Part shown: positions 63,274 through 64,000 of the stretch, in pieces
Layout of the letters: every line of letters starts with the position of its first letter
Numbering within the stretch: the stretch's first letter is position 1
Assembly: GCA_963700285.1 (NCBI GenBank)
Contig: CAVOXA010000001.1
Location: 1,568,001 to 1,632,000, forward strand
DNA from: an uncultured Chloroflexia bacterium
GTDB lineage: Bacteria > Chloroflexota > Anaerolineae > JAAYZQ01
Length of the DNA stretch: 64,000 bases
Direction: 5' to 3'
The notes under the pieces: generated by a model
Told to the model about the DNA's origin: nothing
Databases searched by the model: none
The model's input: the letters and a program-made list of their open reading frames with translations, nothing else
Made by a program: the position numbers and the translations under genes

Positions 63274-63697
63274 TTTTCCACTCTTTCATCTCAGATTGCT
63301 GCAGATCGGCCAAGGTGATCGAATCCAGGGTCTCTATCAATCGATCACGGACCTGTTCCCAGATGCCACGCGTGCTGCAGCCATCTTCATGGGAACAGGG
63401 CTTGCACTTTTGCTCGACCATACATTGGACGGGCAGGATTGAACCTTCCAAGGCACGGATTACATCGCCGGCTGTCGTCGATTGGGGATCGCGTACCAGG
63501 ACATAGCCACCCTGAGCCCCTCGCTTGCTATGTAGGAGGCCGGCGCGCCGCAACTCGATGGCGATCTGTTCCAGATAGGCCTGGGAGATGCCCTGGGAGC
63601 GCGCCACCTCGGCCAGCGACAGGGGCCCCCGCCCAAAGTGGCGCGCGAACTCGCTCATGGCGCGCAACCCATACAGTTCTTTTGCCGATACTCGCAC
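63233..63697 (-). CDS. Rrf2-family regulator with a Cys cluster (IscR-like)
   Basis: YLEQI...SKRGAQGGY; [16 protein letters not shown]. Confidence 0.92.
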   Translation of the reverse strand: MRVSAKELYGLRAMSEFARHFGRGPLSLAEVARSQGISQAYLEQIAIELRRAGLLHSKRGAQGGYVLVRDPQSTTAGDVIRALEGSILPVQCMVEQKCKPCSHEDGCSTRGIWEQVRDRLIETLDSITLADLQQSEMKEWKSGERVDYATLGQG

Positions 63698-63720
63698 TGT
63701 GGTCCAGTTCCTCTATGCCT

Positions 63721-63774
63721 TAATCCCTACTAAACTGTCGGGATTATTCTAGCACAGTAGCGGTTCGCTGTCAA
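63721..63774 (-). promoter_or_regulatory. Promoter with abutting Rrf2-type palindromic operator
   Basis: TTGACA-N17-TAGAAT at 63774-63746; TAATCCC-N12-GGGATTA at 63721-63746. Confidence 0.75.
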
Positions 63775-63900
63775 GTGTGGGATGGTCGCACTGCTGTGCA
63801 ATAGGCGTGAAAAGGGGCCTGCTTTGCGCTTTCGTCAGTTTTGCGGTATTATCACGGGACTGTGTGTGATGATCCTTGAGGTTTGCTTCCGGAGGTGACG

Positions 63901-64000
63901 ATGGCCAGACCTTGTCCTGTACTGTACATAACGTCGATGGAGACCTTTTCGGGCAAGAGTGCCCTCTGTGTGGGCGTCGCCAAGCGATTGGAACGTGACG
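63901..64000 (+). CDS. Phosphotransacetylase-N/DRTGG-family protein (3'-partial)
   Basis: GGAGGTGA RBS; LYITSMETFSGKSALCVG BioD-like P-loop. Confidence 0.6.
   Translation, partial: MARPCPVLYITSMETFSGKSALCVGVAKRLERD

Overview
A GC-rich bacterial chromosomal segment. Gene content, heptamer repeats and tRNA-Arg(GCG) point to Chloroflexota, probably Anaerolineae-like; this is an inference. Many genes carry single-base indels that cluster in blocks, most likely long-read or mixed-strain consensus errors, so frameshifted genes are reported as joined CDSs with approximate ends. Housekeeping content: CCA-adding/HD protein (partial), polyprenyl synthase, type-2 IPP isomerase, acpP, mobA, tmRNA, thiI, serS with a Ser T-box and three tRNAs, mnmA, psuK/psuG, two uridine-kinase paralogues with different N-termini, and an Rrf2-cysE-cysK-iscS operon. 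Accessory content: a two-component system with USP genes, a Zur-type Zn ABC operon with operator, a copper module (CopB, three SHOCT proteins, Met-rich proteins, a two-component system and an 11-bp-period operator array), and two large surface proteins. The most striking feature is a three-gene unit at about 36.6-40.9 kb. It holds an unknown ~420-aa protein and two tandem genes, each fusing a DapA/NAL-type class I aldolase to a formaldehyde-activating enzyme (Fae) domain. The two Fae domains are degenerate in complementary ways, suggesting a heteromeric aldolase coupled to formaldehyde capture or release. Also notable: a nuclease-like/HIT fusion next to tmRNA, an ATP-cone/uridine kinase fusion, CXXC-type ThiI and MnmA, and heptamer repeat arrays, one inserted in frame in the CCA enzyme. 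I found no CRISPR array, integrase or transposase.
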